From assembly GCA_965247095.1 (NCBI GenBank), contig OZ251997.1, positions 416,001 through 480,000 on the forward strand: a stretch of DNA of 64,000 nucleotides, in the 5' to 3' direction. The DNA is from Candidatus Multivorans sp. Its GTDB lineage: Bacteria > Acidobacteriota > Thermoanaerobaculia > Multivoradales > Multivoraceae. The position numbers were made by a program, and so were the translations under genes. The notes under the pieces are model-generated. The model was given only the letters and a program-made list of their open reading frames with translations, had not been told where the DNA came from and did no database searches. Of the stretch, positions 37,575-48,552 are shown piece after piece (positions within the stretch are counted from its first letter, which is position 1; each line of letters opens with the position of its first letter).

Positions 37575-38378
37575 CTACAGCCAGCCGGCCGGCGCCGGCT
37601 CTGGCAAGGCCGGTGAGTTGCCGAGTAGCCACTCATAGGCCGGCTGGGCCTCAATGTCCTGCGGTATCTCGGAAGGGAGGGCTGATCGCCCCAGAGTCAG
37701 CACCAGCTTGCGCGCGTTGGGAAAGCGGCTCTCAGCGGCGACCAGCGCCCGGATCTCCCGGTTCGCGGCGCCGGCGTCGGACGCATCGGCGCACACCTGG
37801 ATCAGTTCCGTCTCGCCGCTGGGCGACCGGGCCAGGAAGTCGACCTCGTAGCCCTCCGGCGTGCGCACATAGGTCACTTCGCACCCCCGGCGCTCCAGCT
37901 CGATGAGGACCGTCGCGATCTCTCGGGAGAGGAGACCGGCTGAGGATCCTGAGATGTACAAGTCGGCGTGTCGGGAGTCCAGCAGGCGCCTCACGAGGCG
38001 CTCCCAGCCGGGCACGACCTGAATCTCGTCGAGGAACCAAGCTTCGGGCGCGGCCTCCACGCCGTCCAGGTAGCGGCTCGGGTACTCGTCGATCAAGACT
38101 CCGAGGGACAGGGCGTCCAGTCCCGCGAACCGCTCTTCTTCGAGCCTGAGGAACGGTAGCTGCCAGGGTGCTGCGCCCCGCGCAATGCTCTCGGCTCTCA
38201 ACTGGTGCAGGAACGTGGTCTTGCCCGCGCGCCGCATGCCGATGACGGACGTGACCTTGCCCGGCAGCCCGATGCGGCCAAAGACTCGACGCCTCGTAAA
38301 GGGCGGACCGGCGTCTTCCAACCCTTCGGCAAGCTGCGCGTCGAATGCGCGTCGGAGGCGCTCGAGGTCCGGGGTCAT
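37575..38378 (-). pseudogene. AAA_14/DUF4143-type ATPase with a large internal in-frame deletion
   Basis: GMRRAGKT, FLDEIQ, ISGSSA.LLSREIAT joins directly to the C-terminal VLIELERRG..EVDFL..LIQVC; the middle region is missing. Confidence 0.7.
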
Positions 38379-38417
38379 GGCGCTAGGATTTCTCCTCGCC
38401 AAGGGGAGAAATCGACC

Positions 38418-39155
38418 TCACACCTTTGCTCTGAGCGGAACGCGTGGACGCCATTTGACCGTCCCCTTGCCGTTCACGAAGACCTCGCCCAAGGAGCACT
38501 TCTCCCTGACATATATGGCGAATCCCTCCTCTGCGATCGTCCCCACAACCTCGCGGTCCACGACGAGGTCGAATACCTCCCGCCTTCGGAGTGTCGCCCC
38601 CTCGCGGGGAAGAATGAGCCGAAAGCCGGGAGGAGCATCGCTCGGTACTTGACCGACGTTGGATAGCTCCTTCGCAGCGCGCTCCCACGCGTCTCGGGCC
38701 GATGTCGGGTCGGGCGCCAAGCCGGATCCGCGTGCGGCATCCTCGGCTTGAGTCGCCGAAGCGGCGGTTCCTGCCGGCTTCCGCTTGTCTACTGGAACAG
38801 CGCGCCCAAGGTCAGAGCTGGCTGCGTCATTGGCGGTGGGGAGAGTGGACTTGGCGTCAGGGTCGCTATTGCCTGCGCCGCCGGGTTTGTCCGGTTCGCT
38901 GTCAAGTTTGTAGACGACCTGCCCTTCGGGAACGCCGGCTCTCATCTCGTCCTCCAACCGGTTCACGAGCGCCGGAGGCCACCCGTAGTAGCGGGCCGCT
39001 TCGCGCAGATTCACGAATCGGACAGCGGTGCGCTCGGCCTGCGCCAGCGTAACCGCGTCCAGCCGGCCTCGACGGATCGCCGCCCTGACCGCCGGCACCG
39101 TCACACCGGCCAGTCGCGCGGTGAGCTTGATTGAGAGAAGAACGATACCGGCCAC
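38418..39155 (-). CDS. Hypothetical protein with possible N-terminal HTH
   Basis: LSIKLTARLAGVTVPAVRAAIRRGRL resembles an excisionase-type HTH; low-complexity linker; purine-rich upstream sequence. Confidence 0.5.
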   Translation of the reverse strand: MAGIVLLSIKLTARLAGVTVPAVRAAIRRGRLDAVTLAQAERTAVRFVNLREAARYYGWPPALVNRLEDEMRAGVPEGQVVYKLDSEPDKPGGAGNSDPDAKSTLPTANDAASSDLGRAVPVDKRKPAGTAASATQAEDAARGSGLAPDPTSARDAWERAAKELSNVGQVPSDAPPGFRLILPREGATLRRREVFDLVVDREVVGTIAEEGFAIYVREKCSLGEVFVNGKGTVKWRPRVPLRAKV

Positions 39156-39212
39156 TGTTCTTGTTGTCCTCCGTCAACGTGTGACGAGAGGTTACTATAT
39201 GTCGCATCGTAA

Positions 39213-40343
39213 CTACAGCACCTCGCCGATGTAGCGCTCCCTCGCCAGACGCCAGAAGACGACCAGGAAGGCGGTCAACGGAATCGCCAGGATCATGCCG
39301 GCAATGCCGTTGAGGGCCGAGCCCCAGAAGAAGACGGCGACGATGATCGCCATCGGGTGCAAGCCCGTGCGATCGCCCATGATCCGCGGCGTCAGCACGT
39401 AGGCCTCTATGAGCTGGACGAGCACGAAGACGACCAGCACCCAGATCACCAGACCGATCCCGCCGCCCTGCTGCCAGTACGCGATCGGCAGCGCCACTGC
39501 CAGACCGACGATGCTGCCGAGGTAGGGGATGATGTTGAGGAAGCCCAGCATGAGTCCGAGGACCAGGCCGTAGCGCAGACCGGCGATGGAGAAGCCGACG
39601 GCGAACAGCGCGCCCTGGAGGAAGGCGATGACGAGCTGGCCGCGGAAGAACGCGACGAGGATGTCGATGAACTCCTGGATGAGATAGATCACGTCCTCAC
39701 GGGTCCTCGGCTTGAGGAAGGGGAAGAGGTGGTCCAACTTGCGGAAGCGGTCCGGCTCGACCATGAGGAAGAAGCAGAGGTAGACCGGCAGCACGGCCCA
39801 GGCGAAGAGGGAGGCGAGGCCGGCGGCGATGCTCTGGAGTACCTCCACTGCCGTATCGCCGACGATGCCGAAGCTCGAGAGCAGGTTCGAGTCTCCACCC
39901 TCGAACGCCTCCCGCACCTGGATTGCGACCGGGTTCGTTTCCAGGAACTCGGTCACGACAGGCGAGATCTCGGCCGTCCAGTCGACGATGCGGTCCCACG
40001 CGCCGGGGAGCGCATCGAGGAGTTCGTCGATCTGTGACGCCGCCATGGCGCCGAAGAACCAGGCGAAGCCGACGACGGGTACGAGCAGGGACAGCAGCAC
40101 AGCGGCCACAGCGAGGATCTTCGGGAACCGCAGCCGTTCGTTGAGCAACTCATAGTACGGCCGGAGCACGAACGCCAGCACGGCCGCGACCGCCAGCGGC
40201 AGAAAGACGCTCGAGAAGGCGGCGAAGAAGGTGCCGATGGCCCAGAACAGCGCCACCACCGCGGCCAGGATGACGGCGGCCGCGGCGATCGTCGCCGCGG
40301 CAGCGACGGTGGCGCGCTGGCGTTCCGAGAGTTCGATCTGCAC
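39213..40343 (-). CDS. AI-2E family transporter
   Basis: FFRGQL, LNIIPYLG, QLIEAYVLTPRIMG..TGLHP, GMILAIPL. Confidence 0.9.
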   Translation of the reverse strand: MQIELSERQRATVAAAATIAAAAVILAAVVALFWAIGTFFAAFSSVFLPLAVAAVLAFVLRPYYELLNERLRFPKILAVAAVLLSLLVPVVGFAWFFGAMAASQIDELLDALPGAWDRIVDWTAEISPVVTEFLETNPVAIQVREAFEGGDSNLLSSFGIVGDTAVEVLQSIAAGLASLFAWAVLPVYLCFFLMVEPDRFRKLDHLFPFLKPRTREDVIYLIQEFIDILVAFFRGQLVIAFLQGALFAVGFSIAGLRYGLVLGLMLGFLNIIPYLGSIVGLAVALPIAYWQQGGGIGLVIWVLVVFVLVQLIEAYVLTPRIMGDRTGLHPMAIIVAVFFWGSALNGIAGMILAIPLTAFLVVFWRLARERYIGEVL

Positions 40344-40430
40344 GGGTGTTCGTCCTCGGCGGGACGCTACCACCTGGCCACCGGCAGCTTGAGCGAACGC
40401 CGCGCGCGGCCGCTCCGTATACTCCTTCGC

Positions 40431-41027
40431 ATGACCGTGACGCTGCTCGACCGGCCGCCGCGGACGCTGACGCGCAGTTTGGGGCCGTACCGCCGCTGCG
40501 ACTACATGGCCCTCCCCGATGAACCCCGCTGCGAGTTGATCCGCGGGAGGTTCTACCTGAGTCCCAGCCCTATTGTTCTCCATCAGTTGATCGTCGGGCA
40601 CCTGTTCCGCCTGTTCTTGGATGTGGCCGATCGCACCGGAGGAACCGCGATCGTGGCGCCGATGGATGTCCACCTGGCGGATCACTCGGTGGTCCAGCCC
40701 GACGTGATCTACGTCTCCCCGGAGCGCGGCGAGATCGTTCAGGATTGGATGGAAGGCGCGCCGGACCTCCTGGTCGAGGTGCTGTCGCCATCGACCGCGT
40801 CGCGGGACCGGGTCCACAAGCTCGACCTCTACGCGACGGCCGGCGTGCGGGAGTACTGGATCGTCGATCCGCGGCAGCGCCGGATCACGTTCCTTGTTCA
40901 CGACGGCGAGGGCTTCGCCGAGGGGGTGCCGGAAGGCGCTGGCTACGAGTCGCGCGTCGTGCCGGAGATCAGGCTGAACATGGACGAACTCTGGGCGGCG
41001 GTCGACCGGAAGTTCGCGAACGCCTGA
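40431..41027 (+). CDS. Uma2-family endonuclease-like protein
   Basis: ELIRG..SPSP..HQ, VQPDV, GAPDLLVEVLSPST...DR..KL.LY...GVREYWIVDP. Confidence 0.92.
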   Translation: MTVTLLDRPPRTLTRSLGPYRRCDYMALPDEPRCELIRGRFYLSPSPIVLHQLIVGHLFRLFLDVADRTGGTAIVAPMDVHLADHSVVQPDVIYVSPERGEIVQDWMEGAPDLLVEVLSPSTASRDRVHKLDLYATAGVREYWIVDPRQRRITFLVHDGEGFAEGVPEGAGYESRVVPEIRLNMDELWAAVDRKFANA

Positions 41028-41061
41028 GGGCCGCGCCGTAGAGCGGCCTGCTGTTCAGGTT

Positions 41062-41090
41062 CCTGGGAACGCGGGCATCCTGCCCGCATC
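41062..41090. repeat. REP-like hairpin, empty form
   Basis: CCTGGGAACGCGGGCATCCTGCCCGCATC; one mismatch to 48504-48532. Confidence 0.85.
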
Positions 41091-41174
41091 CGGGCCGAGG
41101 CCCGGCTCGGCTCGCGCTCGAAGCTCCGTTCAGAGCGCCCCCGCATTGCGGCTGGATGGATACGATCGGCCCCC

Positions 41175-42449
41175 ATGGCTGCGAAACACCGATTCCAAAG
41201 CGTCAAGGGGATGCGCGACCTCTTGCTGGACGAGGCCGCGGCCTTCGCGGCCGTAGAGGACACGGCGCGCCGGGTGTTCTCGCTCTATGGCTACCGCGAG
41301 GTGCGCACACCGGTGGTGGAAGAGACAGAGCTGTTCGTGCGCGGAGTCGGCGAAGGCAGCGAGATCGTCGGCAAGCAGATGTACACCTTCGACGACAAGA
41401 AGGGGCGCAGCCTGACGCTCCGGCCCGAGAGCACGGCGGCGGTGGCGCGGGCCTATCTGCAGCACGGCATGGCGTCCTGGCCCCAGCCCGTCAAGGTCTT
41501 CTACATGGGGCCGCACTTCCGCTACGAGCGGCCGCAGGCGGGCCGCTACAGGCAGTTCCACCAGATCGGCGCTGAACTGATCGGCGATCCGGGGCCCTAC
41601 GGCGACGCGGAACTCCTGGTCATGCTGCTGCGCTTTCTGGAGGAACTCGGCTTTGAGGACCTGGAGGTGGGCCTCAACTCCGTGGGCGATCCGGACTGCC
41701 GCCGGCGCTACTCCGGGCTGCTGCGCGAGTACCTCGAACCGCATCGGGACGAGTTGGGCGCCGACAGCCGTCGCCGCCTCGAGACGAATCCGCTCCGCAT
41801 CCTCGATACGAAGGCGCCGGTGGAGCGGAAACTGCTCGAGAGGGCGCCGCGCCTGCTCGATGTGCTCGGGGACGGGGCCCGCCGGCACTTCGAGGTAGTG
41901 CGCGAACAGCTCGAACGGTTCGGCGTCGCCTACCGGGTCGACGATCGGCTGGTGCGCGGCCTCGACTACTACACGCGGACCGTGTTCGAGATCACCTCGG
42001 CGGCACTGGGCGCGCAGAACGCGATCCTGGGCGGCGGCCGCTACGATGGCCTGATCGGCGAGCTCGGCGGTCCGAGCGTGCCCGGGATCGGCTTCGCGAT
42101 CGGCGAGGACCGGCTGGTCGATGTGCTGCCGGCGGCGTCGCCGGCGCGGGCCGCCGGCGCGCCGCCGGTGAGTGTCCTCATCGTCGGCGAGGCCCACCTG
42201 CGGCAGGGTCTGGAGCTCACCGAGGAGTTGCGCGCGGCCGGTGTGCCGGCGATCTGCGACCTGGCCGCCGGCACGCTGAAGGCCGGTCTGCGCAAGGCGA
42301 ACCGCCGCGGATGCCGATGGGTCGTGCTGTTCGGGGAGGACGAAGAGGCCGCCGGGACGGTGGTGCTGAAGAACTTCGAGAGCGGCATCCAGGAGACGAT
42401 CCCGCGCGAGGGTTTCGCGGCCGCGATAGCGGCGAGGATTTCGCCCTGA
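41175..42449 (+). CDS. hisS: Histidine--tRNA ligase
   Basis: KGMRD, LRPESTA, FRYERPQAGRYRQFHQ, LVRGLDYY, GGGRYD. Confidence 0.97.
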   Translation: MAAKHRFQSVKGMRDLLLDEAAAFAAVEDTARRVFSLYGYREVRTPVVEETELFVRGVGEGSEIVGKQMYTFDDKKGRSLTLRPESTAAVARAYLQHGMASWPQPVKVFYMGPHFRYERPQAGRYRQFHQIGAELIGDPGPYGDAELLVMLLRFLEELGFEDLEVGLNSVGDPDCRRRYSGLLREYLEPHRDELGADSRRRLETNPLRILDTKAPVERKLLERAPRLLDVLGDGARRHFEVVREQLERFGVAYRVDDRLVRGLDYYTRTVFEITSAALGAQNAILGGGRYDGLIGELGGPSVPGIGFAIGEDRLVDVLPAASPARAAGAPPVSVLIVGEAHLRQGLELTEELRAAGVPAICDLAAGTLKAGLRKANRRGCRWVVLFGEDEEAAGTVVLKNFESGIQETIPREGFAAAIAARISP

Positions 42450-42505
42450 GTTGTGCGAGGATCGGCGGTTCGGGCCAAAGGTGGCCCGCCGCGAAGGACA
42501 AGCAC

Positions 42506-44258
<1,753 letters not shown>

Positions 44259-44272
<14 letters not shown>

Positions 44273-45455
44273 GGTTGCCTTGGCCGACCACGCCGCGGAC
44301 GGCCCGCACCGTCTGACTCTCGCCCATCCCCGGGGCGTGAGCGAGATCCTCGTCGGCCCGGGTCTGCTCGCCGCGGGCGCCGAGGGCGCGCTCGGCGGCG
44401 TGTTGGACTGGTGCCGGGGCCGGGTCGTGTTCCTGGTCACGAGCGAGGCGCCTGCTCGTCACTGCGGCGCGGCGGCGCGGCGGTTGCTTGAGACCGCGGG
44501 CGCTGCGCGGATTGAGACGATCGAGGTTCCCGACGGCGAGGCGGCCAAGACAGTCGAGTGCGCAGCGTCCGTCTGGCGGGAGATGCTCGAGCGCGGCGGC
44601 AAGCGGGACAGTCGCCTGGTGACCCTCGGCGGCGGCGCGGTGGGCGATCTCGGGGGCTTCGCCGCCGGTTGCTTCCTGCGCGGCATCGACTACATCCAGA
44701 TCCCGACCACGCTGCTGGCCCAGGTCGACGCCTCGGTCGGCGGCAAGACCGGGGTCGACCTGCCCGGCGGCAAGAACACGGTCGGCGCCTTCCACCATCC
44801 CCGCTTCGTGCTCGCCGACATCGACTGCCTGCGCACGCTGCCGGTCGGCGAGCTGCGGTCCGGGTTGTTCGAGGTGGTCAAGATGGCGGCGCTGCTCGAT
44901 CTCCGTCTGTTGACGGTGGTGGAGGAGTCGCTGGAGCGGCTGCTCGCCGCCTGTGCCGAGTCGCTGACGCCGGTCGTCGCCGCCTCGATCCGGGCCAAGC
45001 TGGGCGTCGTCGAAGCGGATCTCGAAGAAGGGGACCGCCGGCGGCTGCTCAACTTCGGCCACACCCTGGGGCACGCGATCGAATCGGAGTTCGGCTACCA
45101 GGGCCTGCGTCACGGCGACGCGGTGGCTCACGGCATGAGGTTCGCCCTGCGTTTGGCGCTTCGGCGTGGGCTGGATCCGGAGTTCGCGGCGCGCCTGGAG
45201 CGGATGATCGACCGGCTGGCGCCGCCCGGACTCGGCGCCGTGGAGCGGCAGGGTGGCGTGCGCCTGGACGTGGACCGGCTCATCCAGGCCATGGGCCGGG
45301 ACAAGAAGGCGCGCGAGAGCGGTCTGGTCTGGATCCTGCCGGCCGCGCCGGGCCGGGGCGAGATCGTTGCCGATCTCGATCCGGCGCTGGTGCGGAGTGA
45401 ACTCCGGGCGTTTCTCGACGACTCCCGTGCCTCGTCGTCCGGGGACGCGCAGTGA
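44259..45455 (+). CDS. aroB: 3-dehydroquinate synthase
   Basis: DGEAAK, GGGAVGDLGGF, PTTLLAQVDASVGGKTG, LLNFGHTLGHAIE, HG.AV; start uncertain. Confidence 0.95.
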
Positions 45456-46447
45456 GCGTGGAAACCGGCGGTAGCGGCGCGGCTACGCCGGCGGTCGAGG
45501 GCGAAGCGCGCGAATCGCTGGAATCCGGAAGGGGCGGCCTGTGGAACCGGCTGCGGCGGGGCCTCGGCCGTACCCGGAAGGGACTGGTGGGCCGGATCAG
45601 CACCGCGCTTGGAGGCGCCGCGCGGATCGATGAGGACGTGCTGGAGCGGATCGAGGAGACCCTGATCGAGTCGGACCTCGGCGTCGAGACCTCGCTCGAG
45701 CTCGTCGAACGGCTGCGTCAGGCGGGAGATTCGGGGCCGATCGCCGCCGGCGACGAGTTCGCCCTACGGCAACTGCTGGTCGACGAAGTGGCGGTGCTGC
45801 TGCTCGACGCACCGCCTGCCGCGTTGCCGGCGACCCCGCGCATCACGCTGATGGTGGGCGTCAACGGTTCGGGCAAGACGACCTCCGCCGCCAAGCTGGC
45901 GCAGGCGTCCCTGGCCCGGGGCGAGAAGGTCCTGTTCGCGGCCGGCGACACCTTTCGTGCCGCGGCCGCGGAGCAGCTCGAGGTCTGGGGCGAGCGGCTG
46001 GGGATCGAGGTCGTCCGTCGCCCGTCGGGCGGCGACCCGGCGGCGCTCGTCTTTGACGCCGTTCAGGCGGCCGGGGCGCGCGGCGTCGATCATCTGATCG
46101 TCGACACGGCGGGCCGCCTCCACACCCGCGGTCAACTGATGGACGAGCTGTCGAAGGTCCACCGGGTCACCCGGCGCGCGGCCGGCGACGCCTGGAACCT
46201 CTTCACCCTCCTGGTGGTCGATGCCGGCAACGGCCACAACGCGCTGGTGCAGGCGCGCGAGTTCGGGGCGACGGTCCCGATCGACGCCGTGTTCCTGGCC
46301 AAGCTCGACGGCACGGCAAAGGGCGGCATGGCGGTGGCGATCGCCCGCGATCTGCGCCTGCCGGTCGCCTACCTGGGTGTGGGCGAGGGGGTGGAGGACA
46401 TCGTCGACTACAAGCCGCGGTCCTTTGCGGCCGCCCTGTTCGGGTGA
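45452..46447 (+). CDS. ftsY: Signal recognition particle receptor
   Basis: GVNGSGKTT, DTFRAAA, DTAGR, KLDGTAKGG, GVGE. Confidence 0.96.
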   Translation: MSVETGGSGAATPAVEGEARESLESGRGGLWNRLRRGLGRTRKGLVGRISTALGGAARIDEDVLERIEETLIESDLGVETSLELVERLRQAGDSGPIAAGDEFALRQLLVDEVAVLLLDAPPAALPATPRITLMVGVNGSGKTTSAAKLAQASLARGEKVLFAAGDTFRAAAAEQLEVWGERLGIEVVRRPSGGDPAALVFDAVQAAGARGVDHLIVDTAGRLHTRGQLMDELSKVHRVTRRAAGDAWNLFTLLVVDAGNGHNALVQAREFGATVPIDAVFLAKLDGTAKGGMAVAIARDLRLPVAYLGVGEGVEDIVDYKPRSFAAALFG

Positions 46448-47631
46448 GCGCCGTGGGCGCTGAGACCGCCGGACGTTTCGACGACGCCGATCGGCGGGCG
46501 ATGGGGCGGGCCCTGGCGCTGGCGCGGCGGGGCCGCCTGACCACGGCGCCGAACCCCATGGTGGGCGCGGTGGTCACGAAGAGCGGCGAGATCGTCGGCG
46601 CCGGCTGGCACCGTCGGGCCGGCGGCGAGCACGCGGAGGCGATGGCGCTCGACGCCGCCGGTGGCCGCGCCCGTGGCGGCACGATCTACGTCACGCTCGA
46701 GCCGTGCACCCATCACGGCCGGACCCCGCCCTGCGCGGGACGGATCCTGGAATCGGGGGTTGAGCGCGTGGTCTTCGCCCACCGCGATCCGAACCCCGAG
46801 GTGATCGGCGGCGGTGGCGAACGGCTGCGGGCCGCGGGCCTCCGGGTCGAGAGCGGGCTCCTGGCCGAGCAGGCGGTCGAGATGAATGTGCCCTTCCTGA
46901 CCCGCGTCCTTCACGAGCGGCCCGCCGTGACCCTGAAGTGGGCGATGAGCCTGGACGGCCGCATCGCGACGGCGACCGGCGACAGCCAGTGGATCTCGTC
47001 GCCGCGCGGCCGCCGTTGGGCGCTCGAACTGCGCGAGGAGCACCAGGCGATCGTGGTCGGCAGCGGCACCGCGCTGGCCGACGATCCGCGTCTCGACCGG
47101 CGACTGGGCCGGGCCGAGGGACCGATCGTGCGGGTGGTGCTCGATCGGCGGTTGCGGCTATCCCCGGGGGCGCGGATGTTCGAGGTCGAGGGGCCGGTTG
47201 TCGTCTACACGGCGGCGCCGGAGGGCGGCGCGAACGAGGGCGCGGACGAGGGCGCGGTGGAATGGGCCCGGCGGCGAGACCGTCTACGTGATGCGGGCGC
47301 CGATGTCGTCGTGATCGAGGCCGTGGCGCCGCCCGCGGTGCTGGCGGACCTGGCCGGGCGCGGCGTGTCGAACGTGCTCGTCGAGGGCGGTGCCGGGGTG
47401 CTGGAGGCGTTTGCGTCCTCGGGTGTCTGGGATCGGGCCGCGGTGTGCTGCGCGCCCCTCCTGATCGGCGGCGCGGCGGCCCTGGGCCCGATCGGCGGCG
47501 CCGGCGCGGAGAAGTTGGCTGACGCCTGGCGCCTCGATCGGCTGCGGGTTCTAAGGCGTGGCGCGGACGTGATTCTTGTAGGGTACCGGCAGGGATGTAT
47601 ACCGGAATTGTCACGGAGTGTGGCCGGGTAG
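46444..47631 (+). CDS. ribD: Riboflavin biosynthesis deaminase/reductase
   Basis: PNPMVGAV, HAE, TLEPCTHHGRTPPC, KWAMSLDGRIA, VEGG. Confidence 0.96.
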   Translation: MSAVGAETAGRFDDADRRAMGRALALARRGRLTTAPNPMVGAVVTKSGEIVGAGWHRRAGGEHAEAMALDAAGGRARGGTIYVTLEPCTHHGRTPPCAGRILESGVERVVFAHRDPNPEVIGGGGERLRAAGLRVESGLLAEQAVEMNVPFLTRVLHERPAVTLKWAMSLDGRIATATGDSQWISSPRGRRWALELREEHQAIVVGSGTALADDPRLDRRLGRAEGPIVRVVLDRRLRLSPGARMFEVEGPVVVYTAAPEGGANEGADEGAVEWARRRDRLRDAGADVVVIEAVAPPAVLADLAGRGVSNVLVEGGAGVLEAFASSGVWDRAAVCCAPLLIGGAAALGPIGGAGAEKLADAWRLDRLRVLRRGADVILVGYRQGCIPELSRSVAG

Positions 47632-48344
47632 TCGAGGCCCCCAAAGCCCCCAAAGCCCCGACGCGCCACGGTGCCATCCGACCGCCCGAAGACGGGCGCT
47701 CGGACTGGGTCGCGTGTGGCGCGAGCACGCGCCCCACGGGTTCCCGCATGGTGATCGGGCACTCGGCGGAGCTTGCGTCGCGGCTGGAGCCGGGCGCCAG
47801 CCTCTCGGTCGCCGGGGTCTGCCTGACCGTGGTGGAGCAGGGCGGCGCGAACGGAGTGTCGGGTAACGGCGCAGAGGGCGCCATCCCGGCCTGGTCCGCC
47901 TTCGATCTGTCTCCCGAAACGCTCAGCCGCACGACTCTTGGCGCTCTGGTTGACGGCGATGAGGTGAACCTGGAGCCGCCGCTTTCTGCCGGCGACCCCC
48001 TTGGCGGCCACTGGGTCCAGGGCCACGTCGACACGACGACCCGGGTGGCGAAAGTCGAGGAACTCGGAGACAACCGGGTCATCACGTTCGAAGTCCCCGC
48101 CGAGCTCGAGAACGGCCTCGTCCTCAAGGGCAGCGTGACGATCGACGGCGTCAGCCTGACGATCGCGGCGCTGGACGAAGAAACCTTCGACGTCGCCCTG
48201 ATTCCGCACACGCTCGAGGTCACCACCCTCTCGGAGCTGAAGCCCGGCGACCCGGTCAACGTCGAGGGCGACGTCCTCGCCCGGTACGTCCAGAAGTCCG
48301 TCGAGGCGGCCGTCGCCGCCGCCCTCGAGTCGGCCCGGCGTTGA
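47595..48344 (+). CDS. ribE: Riboflavin synthase (alpha chain) with an in-frame 69-bp element insertion
   Basis: MYTGIV, GVCLTV, ETL..T, VNLE, GGHWVQGHVD, KGSVTIDGVSLT, LIPHT. Confidence 0.93.
   Translation: MYTGIVTECGRVVEAPKAPKAPTRHGAIRPPEDGRSDWVACGASTRPTGSRMVIGHSAELASRLEPGASLSVAGVCLTVVEQGGANGVSGNGAEGAIPAWSAFDLSPETLSRTTLGALVDGDEVNLEPPLSAGDPLGGHWVQGHVDTTTRVAKVEELGDNRVITFEVPAELENGLVLKGSVTIDGVSLTIAALDEETFDVALIPHTLEVTTLSELKPGDPVNVEGDVLARYVQKSVEAAVAAALESARR
47670..47744 (+). repeat. Diverged copy of the 69-bp element inside ribE
   Basis: GGTGCC at 47670 and GGTTCC at 47739 are 69 bp apart; same two hairpins and linker as the other copies. Confidence 0.88.
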
Positions 48345-48374
48345 GAGGGCATCGCGGGGCCCTTGAGGCCCGCC

Positions 48375-48469
48375 CCTGGGAGCCCGGGTGGCGCCCCGCG
48401 CCACCCGTGAACCACTCCGTGCGCCCGTCTTCGGGCGCGCGGATGGCACGCGGGCATCTTGCCGGCATC
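48375..48469 (-). repeat. REP-like hairpin filled with a 66-bp variant of the element (intergenic, inverted)
   Basis: Minus strand GATGCCGGCAAGATGCCCGCGTGCC[ATCC...CCCGGGCTCC]CAGG. Confidence 0.88.
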
Positions 48470-48503
48470 TGCGTGAGGGCCGTCCGCGACATGAGCCGTC
48501 CGT

Positions 48504-48532
48504 CCTGGGAACGCGGGCATCTTGCCCGCATC
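48504..48532. repeat. REP-like hairpin, empty form
   Basis: CCTGGGAACGCGGGCATCTTGCCCGCATC. Confidence 0.85.
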
Positions 48533-48552
48533 TGGGTCAGGATCGTCGCCCC

